NCBI GenBank assembly: GCA_041650895.1
Contig: JBAZKF010000001.1
Span: 273,685 to 337,684, forward strand
Direction of reading: 5' to 3'
From: Patescibacteria group bacterium
GTDB lineage: Bacteria; Patescibacteriota; Patescibacteriia; 2-01-FULL-39-33
DNA length: 64,000 nt
Shown here: one piece after another, positions 60,764 to 64,000 of the stretch
Position numbering within the stretch: position 1 is the first letter of the stretch
Layout of the letters: each line of letters begins with the position of its first letter
The notes under the pieces: generated by a model
The model's database searches: none
What the model was told of the DNA's origin: nothing
Seen by the model: the letters and a program-made list of their open reading frames with translations, nothing else
Position numbers and translations under genes: made by a program

Positions 60764-63480
60764 TATAGATTATCAAGTTGTTTCCAAGAGCAAACGGAGG
60801 CTGTCGTTCTAATGCAACCGCAAAAATGACCGGCATTACCAGTGGCGATATACTTAATACTCCCTTCTTGGGTAGAACAAGTACAAGTACCAGAACAAGA
60901 GTTGCCACTACTGGTTCTAAAACGAACCATGCCGTTTACATCCAACTTTTGCGTCGGCGCTACAGTGCCTATCCCTACATTGCCTCCGGTTTGCAATATC
61001 ATTTGATCAGCATTGTTTTCTCTGAAATATATATTTCTGCCGGAAGGACGATTAACATAAAGATTAGTATTATCAGGCGATGACAATAAGTTATAAGTGC
61101 CTTGAGAAATTTCAGTTCCTGATAATTGCAAAGCCATCCAGGCGCCGCTTTGCGAGCTGTCCGGCCACGGACCTATAACCGCATATCCCCCTGCCTTTTC
61201 ATTAATAGAGCGTCCAACCATCAAACCCGTCCCACCCCTAAAAACACCTGCCCAACCATTATTAGTATCAGAGCTACCCGAGATTGCTGTTCCGTTTTCC
61301 GTTCGTCCTTGTATTCCAGTCCCTCCTGGACTGTTGCCATATACGCCGATACCTTCACTGCCAGTAGATATGCCCAACACTCCTGCTGTATACCCCTCAG
61401 CTATAACGCCAAAAGAAAACTCCAACCCTGATGTGATATGGCTGTTTTTAACATAAAGCGTAGCACCATCGCCCTGAGTGATACCATAAGGTGATTTATT
61501 ATCGCCTACAACGCTTAAGGTGGATATTGGACTGCTGGTTCCAATACCTATCTTTCCATTGGACAAGAAAGTCACCACGCTATTTGAAGGGGTATTATCA
61601 CCGGTCGCCAAAACCAAGTTGGCGGAATTAGCCGGACGATACAACCACCATAATTCTTGAGAGCTTGTAACCGTGCCAACAGACCACTTCAAACCGTTAG
61701 AATAATTAGTAGTATTAGTGTTAATATCAACAAAAACATCTTTATTGACAATTGCCGGACGTGAAGTAACTATTGAATGGTTAGAAACAACCAGTGATGA
61801 TAAGGGCGCCCAAGTTCCGATTCCGACGTAAGCATTTTCACTCCTAATTTTCATCGCCGGTATGCTATCGCCCCAGCCATGCACAGTAGAAGGATCGGTT
61901 CTACCGACATAGAAATCAAACCCTCTCGCGGCCTCATTTGTTAATGATGCGGTGTACCCTATGGCCCCAGCCTCATCTCTATAATTGCCAGCTCCCATAA
62001 CACTAAATTCAATACCTGAATCACCACTGGGATTCCAAGCGCCAGCCCCGCTTTCCGTAATGGCCATTGCCGAAGCCGGATAATAGGTCGGCCCAGAACC
62101 TATATGTAATCGTTTCTGCGGATCAGTATTATTTATACCCACCATCCCCGCTTGATTAATGGTTGCCCTATCTACTCCACCTCCCCAAATATTCAAACTA
62201 TCTGCTGTGCCAGGATAACCACTTATTCCAGTATTGCGAGTATATATAGACCAATGCTCGTTACCAATGCCATATTGCAACTGTAACTCCGGGTTATTAA
62301 CCTTGTCAGTAATGCGCACTCTAGCTGTCTTAGCGCTAACAGGAGCTGCTACTTCTAGCATTTCAGCGGGGACCTCAACACCAATGCCCACCATAGCATT
62401 AAAAGCTGTTGTGCCAAAATCAATAACAGACAAAAGCGGTATACTACCACTGGAATCCACTATCTTCATAGCATAACCCAACAAATTAGCCGATTTAATT
62501 AAAAAACGATGATTTGCCAACGTAGCCGTACCAACAGCCACCCGGCCATTAGCATTATCAATAATCAAAGCTGAAGTACCGGTAACATTAGTGCCATTAG
62601 CGGGATAATAAGCGGCTTGACCGGCCAAACCATAATTGACTCCACCACCAGTACTACCTCCTGTGCCACAAGCTGACGCCGTAGCAGAAATCTGACCGGT
62701 AGCGCTGGCCTGCAAACAACGACTCCCACTACCAGATAGACTGCTTGCCGTTATTGCACCGTTGACTTGTAAACCAGTAGAACTGACTACGCCAGCCACA
62801 TCCAATCTAGTAAGAGGATTATTTATGCCAATACCAATATTACCGTTCTGCTTGATAGCCAGACGATCATTGCCACCGCCCCAAATCCTAAAAGCATCTT
62901 CAGTCTGATTATTATAAATACCCCAGTGACCATTAACATCACTAGAATACTGCAATTGAATCTCGGGATTTTTGGTATCATCAAAAACTCGCAACCAGGT
63001 GGCAGTAACAACGCTACTAGGTTTTTTTACCACTAAAGTAGCAATAGGAGCTGAGTCATTTATACCGACATTACCGTTATCAAAAATAGAAGAATTACCT
63101 AGTGTGTTAGTGCCGGTAAATTTAGATACATAATTAACCGTACCACTAATTCCTCCGGATGATGGTAAAGTAGAAGTACAAACCAGTTTAGTCCCACTCC
63201 AACCAACCAAGGAAGCAATACTGCAGTTATCAGGAGTAACTGTTAATGTATTCCATCTGCCAGAAATGACATCGCCGCTAAAAAGTGTTGACTGATTAAG
63301 TGGCGCCGCAACATTGCCATTAGGCGGATCATTTGTAGGACCAGTCCAGGCTAAAACTGGGGTAAATAAGACTAAAAATAAAGACAGGCCGCTCACGACT
63401 GAAATCGCGACCCCAAAAAACTTAATGGGCTGTTTTAACAGCATATTTTTGTCACCTTTAATTTTGCTTATGGAGAACAA
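60763..63480 (-). CDS. Giant secreted protein (905 aa) with six or more Gly-rich 'N(V/I)GIGT..P...L.V.G' repeats of the kind found in tail-fibre domain proteins
   Basis: Signal anchor; repeats 'VGINDSAPIATLVV', 'NGNIGIGINNPLTRLDVAG', 'AGMVGINNTDPQKRLHIG', 'YVGIGTWAPLSSLVVS', 'NGKIGIGTSSPISTLSVVG', 'GGNVGIGTVAPTQKLDVNG'; first gene of the pilus operon. Confidence 0.55.
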   Translation of the reverse strand: MFSISKIKGDKNMLLKQPIKFFGVAISVVSGLSLFLVLFTPVLAWTGPTNDPPNGNVAAPLNQSTLFSGDVISGRWNTLTVTPDNCSIASLVGWSGTKLVCTSTLPSSGGISGTVNYVSKFTGTNTLGNSSIFDNGNVGINDSAPIATLVVKKPSSVVTATWLRVFDDTKNPEIQLQYSSDVNGHWGIYNNQTEDAFRIWGGGNDRLAIKQNGNIGIGINNPLTRLDVAGVVSSTGLQVNGAITASSLSGSGSRCLQASATGQISATASACGTGGSTGGGVNYGLAGQAAYYPANGTNVTGTSALIIDNANGRVAVGTATLANHRFLIKSANLLGYAMKIVDSSGSIPLLSVIDFGTTAFNAMVGIGVEVPAEMLEVAAPVSAKTARVRITDKVNNPELQLQYGIGNEHWSIYTRNTGISGYPGTADSLNIWGGGVDRATINQAGMVGINNTDPQKRLHIGSGPTYYPASAMAITESGAGAWNPSGDSGIEFSVMGAGNYRDEAGAIGYTASLTNEAARGFDFYVGRTDPSTVHGWGDSIPAMKIRSENAYVGIGTWAPLSSLVVSNHSIVTSRPAIVNKDVFVDINTNTTNYSNGLKWSVGTVTSSQELWWLYRPANSANLVLATGDNTPSNSVVTFLSNGKIGIGTSSPISTLSVVGDNKSPYGITQGDGATLYVKNSHITSGLEFSFGVIAEGYTAGVLGISTGSEGIGVYGNSPGGTGIQGRTENGTAISGSSDTNNGWAGVFRGGTGLMVGRSINEKAGGYAVIGPWPDSSQSGAWMALQLSGTEISQGTYNLLSSPDNTNLYVNRPSGRNIYFRENNADQMILQTGGNVGIGTVAPTQKLDVNGMVRFRTSSGNSCSGTCTCSTQEGSIKYIATGNAGHFCGCIRTTASVCSWKQLDNL

Positions 63481-63819
63481 ATCCCCTTGTTGTTATAAAG
63501 TTCCCCATGGTTCTCAATTATTTATGAATCCCTGATAAACTTGACTTACTCTTAATTACCAGAGCTGGTCGTAAATTTTCAAGAATTGCATAATAATAAA
63601 GCTGGCTGTTTTATAACTTATCCACAAGCATTAACTATAATTAATTATACAACATTTTGACCATTTTGATAAATCATGATTATTGATTACAACATAAAAC
63701 GTCTATTTAATGCAATATCTTCATAACTGATTATTACAAGAAAGATGCCAGTGAATAATATTTTGCGACTATAAACAGGAAATGGTATAATAAAGATGTA
63801 ATTCTTTATGCCTTTACTA

Positions 63820-64000
63820 TGACGGATCATGAATCAGCTATGGACGAAGCGACAATAGCTAACAAAATAAACAATCAAAAAAACATTAAACGTAACGAAT
63901 TGGCTCGCGCCAATGTTTTTTCTCCGGTAGACACCGCCCTAAGCCGCCGTTCCATTCCCTCCGACCAATCCCAAGACCAACAGGAAAACACAAAAAATCA
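63820..64000 (+). CDS. Partial ORF running off the window end (N-terminal 60 aa), unknown function
   Basis: Open frame from ATG 63820 to the window end; TATAAT-like box at 63786-63791. Confidence 0.25.

Overview
This window reads as a low-GC, streamlined bacterial chromosome segment with features typical of Candidate Phyla Radiation genomes. It is mostly housekeeping and envelope genes, with three accessory stretches.

Core content:
- Housekeeping genes: fba, tpiA, scpAB, aspS, gyrB, greA, proS, frr, holB, trpS, ligA.
- A cell-shape operon, mreB-mreC-mreD-PBP2, plus a second mreB paralog.
- An exopolysaccharide-type glycosyltransferase cluster: GT1, two GT2s and a processive membrane GT2 with a QxxRW motif.
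- A long minus-strand type IV pilus locus (about 46.8-63.5 kb): PilX-like protein, pseudopilins, PilD, PilA, PilC, a PilT-like ATPase, a CheY-like response regulator, PilB, PilO/N/M, and two large secreted proteins.

The strongest candidate for a novel system is a small integrative island (about 0.7-5.1 kb):
- It sits beside a tyrosine integrase and an intron-interrupted tRNA-Thr(GGU).
- It carries a eukaryotic-like Ser/Thr kinase fused to a roughly 400-aa alpha/beta C-terminal domain of unknown function, possibly TGT/DpdA-like.
- A PD-(D/E)XK-type nuclease gene converges on it and overlaps its 3' end.
- It also carries an HTH protein.
- I read this as a possible new kinase-based defence or modification module.

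Other notable observations:
- An orphan second copy of the tRNA 5' half.
- A stand-alone YbaK/ProX-like deacylase with a histone-H1-like lysine-rich tail, alongside a ProRS that lacks the INS editing domain.
- An AspRS without the GAD insertion.
- Two GC-rich, apparently foreign ORFs (17.4-18.2 kb and 35.7-36.4 kb).
- Three tandem paralogous roughly 100-aa proteins (29.2-30.2 kb).
- A PilT-like ATPase with degenerate Walker A, Walker B and His-box motifs.
- A giant secreted protein with tail-fibre-like glycine-rich repeats at the head of the pilus operon.

No rRNA, CRISPR array or transposase was recognised.
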